Shown: positions 38,340-52,087, numbered from the whole stretch's first letter. The stretch: 63,120 bases of DNA, filler included, from Phoronis australis (GCA_002633005.1; 5 parts of 5 records of this genome joined end to end with filler, not necessarily neighbours in it), one strand, 5' to 3'. The notes: generated from the sequence alone by a model not told the origin. Numbers and translations: made by a program.

Positions 38340-41300
38340 TCCTTTTGATTTTCTGAAGTGTCTTTATTTGGATGAGCTATTGGTCTGATTGGTCCACTGA
38401 GCATTACACTTTGAAATAAATCTGATTAGCAGGCATGAAAAAGTGTAAGGTAACTATATCGCCATGACCACGATTGGTGGGTTACAGGGCTAGGATGGCA
38501 AGAAAAATTACCGAAAGAACCTTCTATTTTCAAAACAAAGTCTTTAACATTTGTATTCACAATAATTCTTAATTGTGCTCAAATGTGCAGTCTTCTATAA
38601 GCTCTGATGCAATGTCACCACCTTAATCGCTTTCAGTCTAACAATCCTTTGAACTAAAGTTCCTTTGCACTAGACACTATCAAAGGTCCTTCGGAATATA
38701 GGATCGACCAACCCATCTCAGCACATCAAAAACAATAAAGAAACAATAGCTGAAAAGGTATAACCATATCCTTGGCATCACCAAGAAATAAATTTTGAAT
38801 TAAAAAAGAAATTGTACATGTATAGTAAAATTTGGAAAACAAGTAATTTTAGTTGCATGAAATACCTTTCAGACGATCTATCACAGAAAATTCTTGGTTG
38901 TTTTAGCAGAACTGAACACCTTGTGACGAAAACGGCACTCCCTCACTTCTTCATCTGAAACAAATTATAAATGCTGTGATCTATCCAGCACCTTAACATT
39001 TGCATTCATTTGTTTGGCTTATTTAAAGCTGTCTTCTAAATTTCCATTAACATGAGTTTGAAAGTTTTTTAAAACTTAAAAGTTGTTCTGCTACGTTAAA
39101 TGGTTCACCTAGTTAACAATAAATATGTTGGGAAGACAACTGCTGCAAATAAGGAAATGTGCAATGTTTTACAACGCTAGTTGATTAAGTCTGAAAAACA
39201 CGCTGTATGCTAGCGGAAAAAGAATCAAAATGACTCTGTAGTTACCTTATGAAAGTAATAAATCAAAGTAGTGATTCATTATGACCTCGCACTCACGAGT
39301 TTAAAAAAATAAAATTACAGAAACCTTGCGAAAATTTGTAGAATCTGCGAAAATGTATAATATTTCCCATGATACTTTATTTATTTGAAACTCACTCCGC
39401 CTTCATAACTCACCCATGTGAAGTTGCATGTTTCACTACTCTGAGAAAACAAGCACCAAATTCTACCTTCATCTGTATCATTGTCACTTGAACTGAATGG
39501 ATTGACAACATTCTCATCTGAAAAAAATCAAAATTATCAATAGAAATGAATTGCTGTCTATAGTCCAAGGGGTCTATAGTTCGAAAACAATAGTCCGAAA
39601 AGTCAATAGTCGGAACAGAAAACTAGTTAATAGTTTTTTCACATAATTCCGTAATCTACAGAATTAAATGTCTTCAGGATTTCAGATAATTTTACATCAT
39701 ATTCTCCATCTTTCAAAATTCCGTAAAGCTCTGTAAAGCAGGGAAAGCTCTCTTTCTTGAAATTGTGTTTATTCAACGAACAATAACCTGAACATGCTAC
39801 GAACACTTAGTTTAATATTGCAAATTATTCTTGGTAACTACCGAGTTGGTAACGCAAGATAAAATTTCCCTTACTTCTTCGGACTATTGACCAGTCGAGC
39901 CACAGAACCTTTAGACCAACCATCTCTTATTTATTGAGTCTTTTAAGCAGACGTCAAAGTTACTAAGAGAATTCAAAGATATTTTAGGTATTTTTTCACA
40001 GAAAATATGTTTAGTGAATACACATTTTAGGAACATAGTAAAGATTTGAGATTTTGGCAACTCAGACAAAATAACTTCAAGAAATTATTTTACCCTGGAA
40101 TTTCCCATTTCAAGTTTGAGATTTGGTTTTCAGTCACTGATTTCAAAGGCTTCATTTAAGGGTCGAAAAAGATCTAAGGTTGATACTAGATCCCTCACAT
40201 TGAATCAATGTGAAAACATGTACTGTTTCATGCTACATTAAGAAGATACTCACATTTAAAGAACTGGGCAAACAACACAGCATATCTATACCTTTGGTCG
40301 CTAATTTTCCACGCTTGTTTGAAGTGTAAAATATTTTTTAAGGAAAAGTTTGAGCTTGACATTTAGGATTGAACAAGACCAAAATGTAAAAGTATTATGA
40401 GCGATTTGACTCAATGCCTCAAGATATGCTTTAGTGTAAATGCTAGCATGTACATAATGCTTATTTGCTTCTTATTAGAATTTGTTATATGTATAATTAT
40501 TGCTTATTTATTTGATACACGGATTCCATCATAGAGGGCCTTTTGTAGCGTTCCAGTCTACAAAATGGACGAATTTCGTAGGAAAATCGTCACTAAGGGA
40601 CACCCATTTAATTGTAAGGAATTCTCTTAGAAAAGGTGCCATATCGCAGTGAATCTGGATAATCTTACGAAGTGCAATTATTCTCAGCGATATAAAGCAA
40701 AGAAATCTACAATTCTCTGGAATTCTTATAGTAAAAGAGATTCTTCAGCTCATAATAAAGGGGTGGTTAGATTTTGAAATATTTTTAGGAGGGAGAGATG
40801 CGAGTATTTGGCCGCATCTTCTGCATTAGAAATAGTTTCTAGGACCCTGCCAAATGCATGTTAGCCATGATTATGCCAGTCTGATACATGCATTCGCAAT
40901 AAGTTAAATAATCAAAATATTAAGAAATTTGAAAGACTTACCATAGACTTGGATCTTGAATGTACCATCTTCTACTCAAACATACTCGTTTTAGATAAAA
41001 CGAAGTAAAACTTGTCTCAACTCAAATTCTGAAACCGATGTTCAATTCCACTTCTATAACACTATAATCAAAACCTCAGAGGCTTGAAACAGTGGAAGGT
41101 CAACCAAGTTAATGGGCATTACATAACCCTGTACCAATGTAGGTCACATATGGCAGTCTGGAGTAGGGTACTCATAATAACAGTGACATCTTTTGGGAGG
41201 GCCTGATCAGAGTTATATATAGGATGTCCTTATGAAACCAAGTTGTTGAGAAAATACACGTGGAGTCACTGTGCATACCAAATAACAGTTTCTGATAGGT

Positions 41301-41415
41301 CTGAAATTGTGGGGCATTATATATACCCCACAATTTTTTGCAACCCCACAGTAAAGGTCTCATATATAAAAATGCCCCGGATCTGCATAGTTCTCTTAGT
41401 ATATATATATATATA
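38340..41415. repeat. Duplicated block, copy B
   Basis: Direct diverged repeat of 31496-35488, lacking the 33110-33854 insertion. Confidence 0.9.
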
Positions 41416-42866
41416 TGGCACATATTTCAATGAATTTCATTATTGATCATTTGTCGTCTCATAAGTTTGTTGCTGTAATTAAGACAGAGAGACGGCAACA
41501 AGTATAAGTATTTAGAGAAATATCTACAAAATTACAAATTTAACCCAGTAAAAGTATATAGTTTTCGAAAGCAGAAAGTCTAAAGAACTTGATTATTTTA
41601 TACCAATCTGCCTTTAAGTAAGTCGTGTGACCATATTTTTTTAGTAAAATTTAACAAAAAAGAAAGCTTTATGCAAGTCATATCAAAACAATGGTACCAG
41701 TCACCATACTTTTGATTTTTTCATAAAAAAACATAAAATGTTTGATATTCCCTCATGCAAAAGTGAAACATTTTAAAAGCAATTTTTGGCGTTTTGGAAA
41801 ACAGTGCATAAAGCAAATGAAAGTTTCACGAGCATCCAATTTGTCATTTCTGTGACGTGATATTCTGAAGTCGGTTTTTATCTAAGATTCTAAATAAGGA
41901 CATCACACTGCAGGGAAGCACAGATATTCACAAAAGTGCACCTCAATCTGGGCTCAACTATTCACTAATTCAAAGGGAGTAATAAAACATTTATCATCTC
42001 AGCCAGGACCATAAACTAACCATCTGCAAAACTGTAAGCCACTAGTTGGACTAATTACCCCCTCCAATCCCAAAATGCTAAAAATTTTCTAAGCTATAAT
42101 TAGCAGTGACTACACTAGTTACATATTACCTCCCTGTTTGTTGGTCATGCACGCAGTTACTTCAGCTTTCACTTTTTCATGAACGGAGGAATTTTCAAGT
42201 ATTAGACTGACTGTCCAGAATGTAATCTGAAGAAAAAAAACAATTTGCAAACACGTTAGCAACTCGTGTCATCATTACATCTACCTTTAAAATCAATTTA
42301 TTGTATACACAAAAAAGAAGGTATGATGAAGCCCCTCCAGTTACAGTAAAAAATAATTGACAAAATCTCTGCATCTTCATTTTCAAAGGCTTCTGCGCAC
42401 CCAAAATTGTTCAAACTTTGTTTGATAATCGCTTGAGTATGGAACTTGATGCATTTATATGGTGCTATTTATTTTTATGAAAAAATGGAAAATAATTTGT
42501 CTTCCACTTGTCCTAAATTAGTGATTATTTGCTGTAGTGTACACAATAGCATCAATAAACAACTACTGGTGCTGTCGTTGCTTCTGAAATCACAGCCGTC
42601 ACCAGAGCAGCTGCTAATTCTCAACATTGGGTGTTGGACACCAACTGTCAGTACTACTGCACCAACTCGAGCCTGTAGTCTCCACCACTGTTGGTGCTGC
42701 TGCAAATACTTCTTGTATGATGTATAATGAGCAATATTCTGAATACCTCAGCAGCTCACAATAAAGTCCGAGAATGGTGCAGGCATATACCAAAACACAC
42801 ACTCTTAAATAGCAATGATTTATAGAAGCATTGGAATTTTATCATTTCAGTCCAAAGGATACTCAC

Positions 42867-45800
42867 TGGAATTGCATTGGCAAGAGCAGCCCACATCATC
42901 ATCAATGAGAAATTGGGAGCATACTCGCGATCAGCAGTGTTTTGTATCAATGCGTGTAGCAGGGTCTGAAAAAACAGTTAATGTCTGGTAGAGCAGTTTG
43001 AGCGTGTTGTACAATTAAAAAGCAGGTCCAGAGGGTTGACTTTGACTGGGAGAAATAAATTACTTAAGTTATGCTGGACATATTATAAACTAGCTATAAA
43101 CCCACTGTCCGTCACAAATACTAACCTTTTATTTAGATCACCTATGTTCATTAGGTCATGTGATGTGGCCAACAAGTGGCGTGCAGACTAGACTTAATTT
43201 TTTTTTTGATTTAGACCACTTACTGTTACAAAAATGGTCTCAAATTGTTCCTTAGTCAAGACAAGTGTGATTTTGGGTTTGGAAAGAATTGGCAGTTCTA
43301 TTTTACTTGAAACCAGGTTCTATACAAGTTCAGTTGTCACAACCTGTCATTTTATTCATCGAGAATAGTCTCAAGCAATGATGAACAGACAGTTCCTTGC
43401 AAGACCAAAGTTTTCATTCCGTAACCAGAACTGGTGGATCTAAGCTCCAAAGCATCGCACTTTACAAAGACACAGTGTGAAATACACGCACAAAAGAATA
43501 TGCGCAAACTTAAATAGCTTGATAATTGAGTTTGAGTATGCTGGCCTGACACAAAACTAACCAAGCTGTTTTAACGGAAGTGCACAACATCTTACTCTAA
43601 AATCGAGGGACATTTTCAACATGTTTTTAAATTCAAGGGGAAAAATCATGCAAAACCATATCTCACATTAGTAACTTTTTCAATTTTGGACATTTTTAGC
43701 ACAATCACTTATGTGTGGAAACGTTACATCAGAGTGCAGAGTCAGGCCTTCAATTTACCAGGTATTCATTCATCTCAGCAAAAAACCAGCTACCCGGTCC
43801 TGGTAAAATGAGCACAGCTCAAGAATAATTTACAACCATTTGATGCATGCTGAACATGAAACATACTATACCATGGATAGTAAGGTGTACACCACTTTTC
43901 CTAAAAATTACCAGAATCATGCGCAAAATGTTGCGGTGTATGGTAGGTGTGCGTACCCGTGGTAAGAGTTGATTTTCATCCCCTTAAAAATGTGATTCTG
44001 AACAAAGGTTTTTCGCAAATTTGTAAAAAAATCTTACCTCCTGTTCATTTTGTTTTTCAGCTTGCTTGACAACATCAGTGAACAGATTGAGTAGTCGCCA
44101 CTTGCACTTGCTCCAGTCTCTGAGGAAAGTACAGCAGTACACACAACTTACATCATAACCAAATTTCGCCATGACAAACTATCCCATGTAGTCAGCTCGC
44201 CTACGACGGTCAAAATTGCTGAGCAAACCGCGAGTCTTTGTTTGAAGGATGACATGGGATTTCATGCCTAAGCACATTTACCTGATAACATTAAGAGTTG
44301 ACAAGGAATGGAGATATTTGTTTTCACCTTTTCACTCTTTTGATGGAATAGCGTAGTCAAATGATTTTTAAGCAAACATCATCAACAGCTGCATAAAACG
44401 AAAGAAAATGAACTGATAATTTAGAAAAGTGTAACAGCATTTCTGGGGTAATAATTATACCAAACAAAATTTGGTCAAATTGTCATTGTTTTGCTACAAA
44501 TGTACCAATCCTTCCTGCTAAATTTTATTGAAAAACAGGGTCATGCAACCCACTCAACAAGAACTTGGCAAAAAGTAAAAAATGAAAATACGACACAGGT
44601 GTTTTAATTTCATAAAACGTGTGCTTTTATTGACCTAAATTTTATAGGTTTGTAGTTATATGGCTAAGACTCTACATAAGCTTAACATAATGTGGAACTG
44701 ACCAGATTTCTGCACCTAAAAATATAATATTCTTTGAGTGGCCATACTTACTTTAAGAAAAATTCTGGAAGTTGCGACCCATATTCAAACTGGTCATCAT
44801 AGATGACGAACGTATCTGTTAGTTCTTTCAACTTTTCCTGAAACCAAAACTTTTTAAGGTGAAAAATGCAGATAACTCACTATGAATAGTTGACAAGAAA
44901 TCACGACTCTAGCTGTTATTTACAAACTTCACTGCATGATAGGTTATAAACTGTTCTGTTGGTACTAACGAATACCACCATTAAATGTTAGTAAATAATA
45001 AAAAAGATTACACGGTACTGACACAGCAAGTAGATGTTACAGAAAGACAATGTCTCACTACCAATATTTAAGTACGTATGCAATAAATGTCAGATACTCT
45101 GTAGACACTTTCAAATAAAATGAAAAGTAACATTTAAAACAAAAACAAAACAGGTTTGACCAAGTCATGTACATGGATGGATGTAGAAAACGGATAGAAT
45201 GATTGACAGTTTTCAAAAAGATGGCTGCTAATACACGTACTTTACAAGTACATTTGTACTGAGTTGGACAGGTAAAAACCAATATGCTGTGAATCGCCAA
45301 ACTTGCCACATTTCTTGACATCAGCCTTAAAAACTTCAATCAAAATTTAATAGCTTTTCTGTAAAATAATGATAAGCGCAAAATGACCACAACAGTGAAA
45401 CAAGCGCCCTTGCAGATGCACAGCATTGTGGGTAAATACTAGATAATCAGAGTGGTGTAAAAATGTCGTAGAATTTCATCATGATGCTTACTAATAATAC
45501 ACATTTGTCACCCTGGATCTAGTAGTAATTAGTCTAATTATATATGAATGGTCAAGCTCGAGTCTTACCTCTTTTCACCATGCCAAAGTCCTATAAAAAG
45601 ACCCTACTTTACTATCTCACCTTGTCGTATGTTGGTAGCATTCCTTCGCCAAACAAATTGTCTAGGATGGCCGCATACATGACATCGCGACATGCTGAAT
45701 TCAACTCTACTTTTTGATCATCTAAAACTGTAAAAGTGCCAAACAGTAAAACGTTGCACGCATCTTATTTTTTTCTAGTTCTCTTAACACATTTTTTCCT

Positions 45801-46971
45801 CTAATTACAAAACAAACACAAAACAAGCAGTTTCATTAGTTTTTAGTTTCAGGATATTAAATAAAGCTATAACTTACAGTATTCCTTGGAATAACGATTT
45901 GGAAGTTCAAACTGAGACAAAAACTGACAAGGCTTAAGCTGAGGATGAGCACAAAAACGAACAAAGACAACTTAAATTGGAAGGCTAATATATACCACGT
46001 ACTTCGCTTCATTTTAACAACTTTAACAATCACTGGAATAAACATTGTAAGTAAAATTAAAATTAAAAACAAAGTGATCTGAAATGGTATGTATGTGGCA
46101 GTTGCAAGAATAATCTACCAGCGAGAAATTAGTCTCAATTACTGATACAACCAAATGACATGGTATCTTTCTTAAAATTCAACTGATGGTTCTTTGTCCA
46201 TTTGAAGCATCTCCTGGAAGTTTGTTCAAAATCTCTCCACAACGTTTTGTGTAAAAAATTATAAGCGAATGACCAAATGAGTGATCAACATACGTTCAAA
46301 CATGGCCTCCTTCCATAAATTACCGGATGTAATCATATATTAATAAAACAATTATTGACATTCACACTTGGTCAACGCATTGGTTTTCAGACCCCAAAAA
46401 TGTGATGACTGAGGTGTAGTCTGAAAACTAACATACTGACCTTGGTGATTCAGTTATTGTACAATGTAAAACTCAACAAGAAAAACTAATGCTCACCCTT
46501 TTCAGCTAAAATGTCAATTCTTCTTTGTAATCCTCTGTGCAGCTGACCAATGAGGGATGGCAGTTGTTGGGTGGCTAATTTCCCTTTTACACAGTCGTGT
46601 ATATTTGCGTGAGTTTGCATGAAAGCACCTCTAGGAATTGAAGCTGGAACAAAAATGGGACATCACAGAAATACTAGTAAAATGTAAGATCCACAGGGGT
46701 TGTGTTGCAAGTATCCATGTTGCAGACTTCATCTGGTTTTACGGTCCTGCCTCACAGACCGGTCCAACCTTGTGAGCTTTTAATCGTATCAAAATAACAT
46801 GTCACGCCTTTTAATACTAAAAAATGAAATTGACTTGTGGAATATTGTGTTACTGAGACCTTATCACTATAAGCGATGGTAGACTGCAACAGGCACAGGA
46901 GTCCACTTGGTCCACATGGTTGGACCGTGTAAGCAGACCAAGTTACACGCACGCACGCACGTACACATGGA

Positions 46972-47024
<53 letters not shown>

Positions 47025-47962
47025 ACACAGACACACACAGACACAGGTGGCAAACAGGTAAAAGAGAGAATGTGTTTAAGACTATTTTACCATTATGTTG
47101 TACTGCATCTGTGACAGCTTCAGCAAAACTGATACTACTTGACTTGAAGTAAATGTCTTGGATATCTTCATATTCAGTAATGAACGTCATCCGTTTGCCA
47201 GCCACATACAAAGTGAACACTGACCCAAGCTGGAAAATAGACATAAAGCATTAGTAGTGAAGATGCGTAGTACCACAGCAATCATACATAGAGGCCTTTT
47301 GCAGCTAATTTGGTAAGAACAAAACCATAACACAAAACAAACACTTAAGTTAAATTTTCTATATTAAAACAGAAGACCGCCTACCAAGGATCTCAACTCT
47401 CTGACACCTAAATGTTTACATATTAAGATGAAACCTATGAAATATTGTCTAAGACAGCGCCATTTTGCCCATTATTAAGACCAGGGCCAGTCCGCCCACT
47501 AGGGGCCCCCATAGTCACCCCTAGCTTAAGGCCCCCGAAAGGTTAGGACTGTTTTAAGTCACCACAATACCACATACTCCATTCGTAGAAGCTTTTGAAA
47601 TTTTCTTCAAAACCTGTTTACAACACAGATTGAAGAATTTATAAGACGTACAATGAAGATAATGAGCTTTGGAGTTGAGGGGTAATATTTGTGACCACGG
47701 GATCTGAAAAAGAATCGGATGTGCACTGATTATCTGAGGATCTCTGAACCTTGTCCCTTGCAAACTTAATGAAGTGAAGCGGCTCTTTTCCAAACTCGAT
47801 GGCGCATCCTAAAAACGGTATCCACCCGCTTAAACACGGTGGTCTGTTTCTCTGAGAATTCCTGTTGTAAACCCATCCGACTGTTATTAAAATCAAAACG
47901 ATATGCCACGTAGAAAATGTTATATTTTCTATCACAGAAAGCACAACTCCACCGGCTGACAT
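42867..47962 (-). CDS. CYP39A1: Cytochrome P450, CYP39A1-like (oxysterol 7-alpha-hydroxylase family); exons 1-7 only
   Basis: Exons 47750-47962, 47091-47229, 46497-46643, 45621-45727, 44752-44837, 44038-44119, 42867-42965, all GT-AG and phase-compatible. Motifs RPPCLSGWIPFLGCAIEFGKEPL, GKRMTFITE, ASIP, YDDQFEYGSQLPEFFL, WSKCK, PNFSLMMMWAALANAIP match CYP39A1 as recalled. Confidence 0.88.
46975..47045. repeat. (CA)n microsatellite in CYP intron 2
   Basis: Direct observation. Confidence 0.97.
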
Positions 47963-48245
47963 GGTGATTGACGAACTTTTGACCTATTTTCACTTCCTTA
48001 TCACAGGCAAGAAAAGACATTAGTATTTTTGAAAAAATGCTAATTAATCTGGAGATAATTTAGCTTTAAAATTCTTTGTGAAACAAATTTGTCGGATCAA
48101 AATACATGGAATGGTAAAAGCTCATTATATTAGCGTTTGTTTAAAAGAAATTTTGCCTGTGTCTAAAAGTGTCCTCCATCTTGCAACTCCCACAGGGCAA
48201 CGAAAAGCTTCTCTAGTGATAAGGTGACCGCGAAAGTTAGTCGTC
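47963..48245. promoter_or_regulatory. Putative bidirectional promoter between CYP39A1-like and OSCP1
   Basis: Two divergent ATGs only 283 bp apart; GCAAC/GGCAAC RFX-type half-sites at ~48181-48201. Confidence 0.6.
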
Positions 48246-48357
48246 ATGTCTGCCAAGACCCTACCTTTGCTTTTTGTCAATCTTGGTGGTGAGATGATGT
48301 ATATTCTGGACCAGCGATTGAGAGCCCAAAACATCCAGGAAGACAAAGCAAAAAAGG
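48246..48357 (+). CDS. OSCP1: OSCP1 (organic solute carrier partner 1) homolog, first coding exon
   Basis: MSAKTLPLLFVNLGGEMMYILDQRLRAQNIQEDKAKK then G|gtaagc; matches the conserved OSCP1 N-terminus (LPLLFxNLGGEMxYILDQRLRAQNI). Later exons not found in the window. Confidence 0.93.
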
Positions 48358-50040
48358 GTAAGCGTCAAATTGAGTGAAACCAGACTGATACCCAACCCAT
48401 TCCACTTCTAGCCAATCGAATCGGCTAATGTTCGCTCATTACCCATTCTGATTCCGGTATGCATTGGCATTGGACGCAGGCCTTTTGCCGTCGGCACATC
48501 AAACTGCACTTTAACCTTTGTACAATTTGTAGATACAGTTTGTGTTTTTTATTTTTAAATAAAATATCACGCTTGCCCTAGGGACTCTTGTTGGCTTTGA
48601 TAACATTTCCTAGTGCAATTTAGAATCCTGGAGCCTGGAGGCTAGTATGCAGAGCCAGAGGCTGTTTGGATGCTATGGCCTATGTTATTGTTAACCTATT
48701 TATTATTGAATACATAGTAGTTCAATAATTAGACTTTGCCATATTAGTATAAAGGAGTAATGATTTTGAATATTTTCAGAAGGGAATGGGACCGATAATC
48801 GGCACTGCATGAGGACACTGCAACCCTATCCCAAAAGGAGGGTTGGCAGACAAACGTATTTAACTATGTCCCATTTGATTTTCCCTGATTTTGAGAAGTT
48901 GATTTTTGCTAAATAATGCCTGTTATTTTGTAGATGAAACAAAATTGGTGACCATTGAAAGGACTACTTTGTCTGATGTGACTAGTGAAATATCTCTCTG
49001 TTTTTGAACTGTTAAATGCTAAAGGCCACAAATGGTAGCACATGATTGGAAAAAACATATTGCTACACTTCAAACCCAAAGAGTCCTCTTGACATTTAAA
49101 ATCCCTTTGGAAACCCTAAAACCTGACCAATCACCAACAGCAAGGGACGAGAAATCCTACCTAACCCAATACCAGAACTAAACACCTACAGTAGTTGACC
49201 TTTCTGTGGTACCGTATTCGCCGTAATAACTGCCCAGGGCATTTAGAAAAGTTCGGTTCAGGGGGGGCGCTTATTGTAACCCAGGGCGGTTGAAACCCGG
49301 TCTCCGAAACGGGTGAAATTGGAAGCTAAGATTCATCAAATTTACGCTCTGTGACGTATATCTAATCAATGAAAGACTTTCAACAAAACTGTGGTGCATT
49401 ACTACCAAACTTTACTGCTAAATTACGATCATGTTACAGAAAATTGTGCTGAAATCCCAGGGCGAAAACTCGCCGACTGACTGCCTCGAAATCGCCGCCT
49501 TCGATATGGTGACTTTAATGCTTGAATAAAAATTTTTTCGACTCAAGCAAATTACCTGAAATCCTCATTAAATTTTATAAGTAGCGTCTCCAAGATTTTT
49601 TAAGTTCCCGTGGAGTCTGGATTAACGGCAGGTTTAAGTACAAATCTGTGCAACATAGTGCCATCTACATGTATGATCGGCAACACGGCGAGAAAAATGT
49701 CTGGACGAACACACATGTTGTTGTCACGTGACGTTTGTTTTGAAGTTCGTCTGCGAGTAAGCGAGTGCGTGAGTGTCGCCAGAGTTCATTTGCCAAAGCA
49801 GAGACCGTCATTTGACCAGAGCCACGCAATCTAACTAGCTAGATGTGTCTAAAGAAATTTGCACAAGCAGTAGGCTTAAACCAGAGTGTGTTTCATTCAG
49901 CACTTGCCGGTCTCGTGCTAAAAAGGTTTGACATTTGTCTTGGTAAGGCCCATATTAGTCGCCATGTAGCTGGATGCGTACGTAACTATTTAACAGTTAT
50001 TTTTCGGTGTAAGGGTGTGTAAGCATTCACTGTCAGTTGT

Positions 50041-50140
50041 NNNNNNNNNNNNNNNNNNNNNNNNNNNNNNNNNNNNNNNNNNNNTTAATTAATTAANNNN
50101 NNNNNNNNNNNNNNNNNNNNNNNNNNNNNNNNNNNNNNNN
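50041..50140. other. Artificial contig spacer
   Basis: Same 100-nt structure. Confidence 0.97.
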
Positions 50141-50289
50141 TTAGTAAAATACGAAAACCAGATTTTGACTAATTGTCCTTTCTACACGTGATGTTCCAGT
50201 ACTTGCTTTGTGAGACCATAACCAGAAATGCAAAAAAGCCTATTCCACAGCTGTAACATAATTTCCGGAGAACTTTTTGAAATCTTCAT

Positions 50290-50453
50290 TCTTGGTAATT
50301 CGGGACATAAAATACTGCTCGGGCACTGCATTCAATACCAGCTTGTTCTTCATTCATGAACATGGTCTCCTCAAAGTGATGAGAGCATTAGTTGCAGTTC
50401 TTGGACAAGTAGGTTGCATCTCTAGTCATAAGGTCGGCTCCCAGTGCTTGCAC
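50290..50453 (-). pseudogene. Decayed THAP zinc-finger exon (THAP12/P-element-type remnant)
   Basis: After acceptor ttcag: CKHW..ADLMTRDATYLSKNCN*CSHHFEETMFMN..KNKLVLNAVP, i.e. THAP W, CxxHF and AVP motifs broken by a stop and frameshifts. Confidence 0.7.
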
Positions 50454-52023
50454 CTGAACAGAAATCAGTGAGAGACTCAGGAACAAACCTCATACTCACC
50501 AGGTTCACAGAGATTGGTAGCTTACACTAAACTACACTACAGAAGTCCTGTCATACTGTGATTGTGATAGAGACAAAAGCGTCTTGGTGTCAACTAAAAA
50601 AAAACTAGGACTCAAATGTGGATCCACGGATATTTTAAGGGCTGCACAACTTTTCACTGAGATCCACAGATTCTCTAACTTGACTCAGGCCCTGTGGCTT
50701 GTGGCTGTGATTGTGCCATGGCCGTGTCACCACGATTCATATTCACCCATGGCCATGGGAAAGTTTTCCTAAAATTATCCCTGCGATCGTTAGAGTGACA
50801 TTTTGATTTGGAATACATGGACTGCAAGTATCCAAATAGCTGACGATCACATTGTACGTTAATCATAGTCCTTTCGCCGGCTGCCCAGTAGGTCTAGCCT
50901 ACACTGCAGACAACAGACAGTGCCAGGCACCGGGACTGCGATCGACTTGTCTAACAACCGTGAACAGAACACACAAAATGAAAGACAATGTATCATATTA
51001 TATAGTTTGCAAATCACTCCAAATGCACACACTATCCAGCCTGTTCAAGACATCCCTGACCCCAAGCTATCCCATGAGGCTTCGCGCAGGAAGTAACTCG
51101 CACATGCGCAATGCGTAGTTCGTTTGCGCTGCAAATCCGCTATTTATCGCACTGCAAAATGCGTCCGTCCCCATTGTTTTGGCGCTTCCTGGTTGACCGT
51201 AGCTTGTTCACCACTTGGCGGCGCTAGTAGTAGCGGTAACAGCGAACTCACAAGTGAACTCTCCTATACTACTACACTCCTTGCTGCAACTATCTAAGCG
51301 TCGAACTCACGACCTGGCGGATAGAGCGCGCGCTCTACAACACCACGACTTAACTACTATTCTTATACTAAGAGACCTACTTGTTTATGGTCCACAGTGT
51401 CTGCGCGCGAAACCTACTTCTTTTTGTAATGCTTAATACACTTTTTATATTTTGTGCAATCAGTTCGTAACAAATTTGTGGCATTTAAAATACCGGTAGT
51501 TTTCAATTGCCCAAAAGACCAAATCCGTTTCTTGTGTTCGCATTAATGACGCGATTGCTTTGGAGATCGTCTTAAGTTAAGGCTTGATAAAGAGAAAATT
51601 ATGAGTTTCTGAGTGATTCACTAAGGCTTCGATTAAAATTCACATCTTACCAGCAGCTTCTGTTTCTTCATCGTCACTCAGATTCCATTTTCTTTAAAAA
51701 ATGAAGTAATTTTCTTCATTGCACAGTGAAGCAGGCGACGGAAACGGAGTTGTAGTGCGCAGCGCCACTGCCGGTCACCTGGGATATCGCGGGAGACCTA
51801 GATACTTAGCCATAGTTTCGTTACGATTGAGCTGTGTTCCGCATTTGACACTTGAAATTGGATCTGAGTCCCCCCAAACTTACTAAAACTTCACACACAT
51901 ATAAATCTTGTTTCCGCCGTATAATGACACTTACCGAGGATAATTAATAAACTCAACATTTCCCTATGCTCTTGCGATTTTATTTTTTTTTGCGGCAGCC
52001 CCCTAAATCCGCCTACGCCGCAT

Positions 52024-52087
52024 ATCATTGTGATCCACACCACTTATCATTGTGATCCACACCACTTATAATTGTGATCTACACCAC
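52024..52087. repeat. 22-bp tandem repeat
   Basis: atcattgtgatccacaccactt x ~3. Confidence 0.85.

Noticed and set aside
42475-42705. VGVQHP as the CYP39A1 terminal exon
   Set aside because: Lies immediately after the I-helix exon with no K-helix or heme exons between, and lacks convincing splice sites; probably chance.
46752-47152. VCVC / HTHT ORFs
   Set aside because: Translation of a (CA)n microsatellite.
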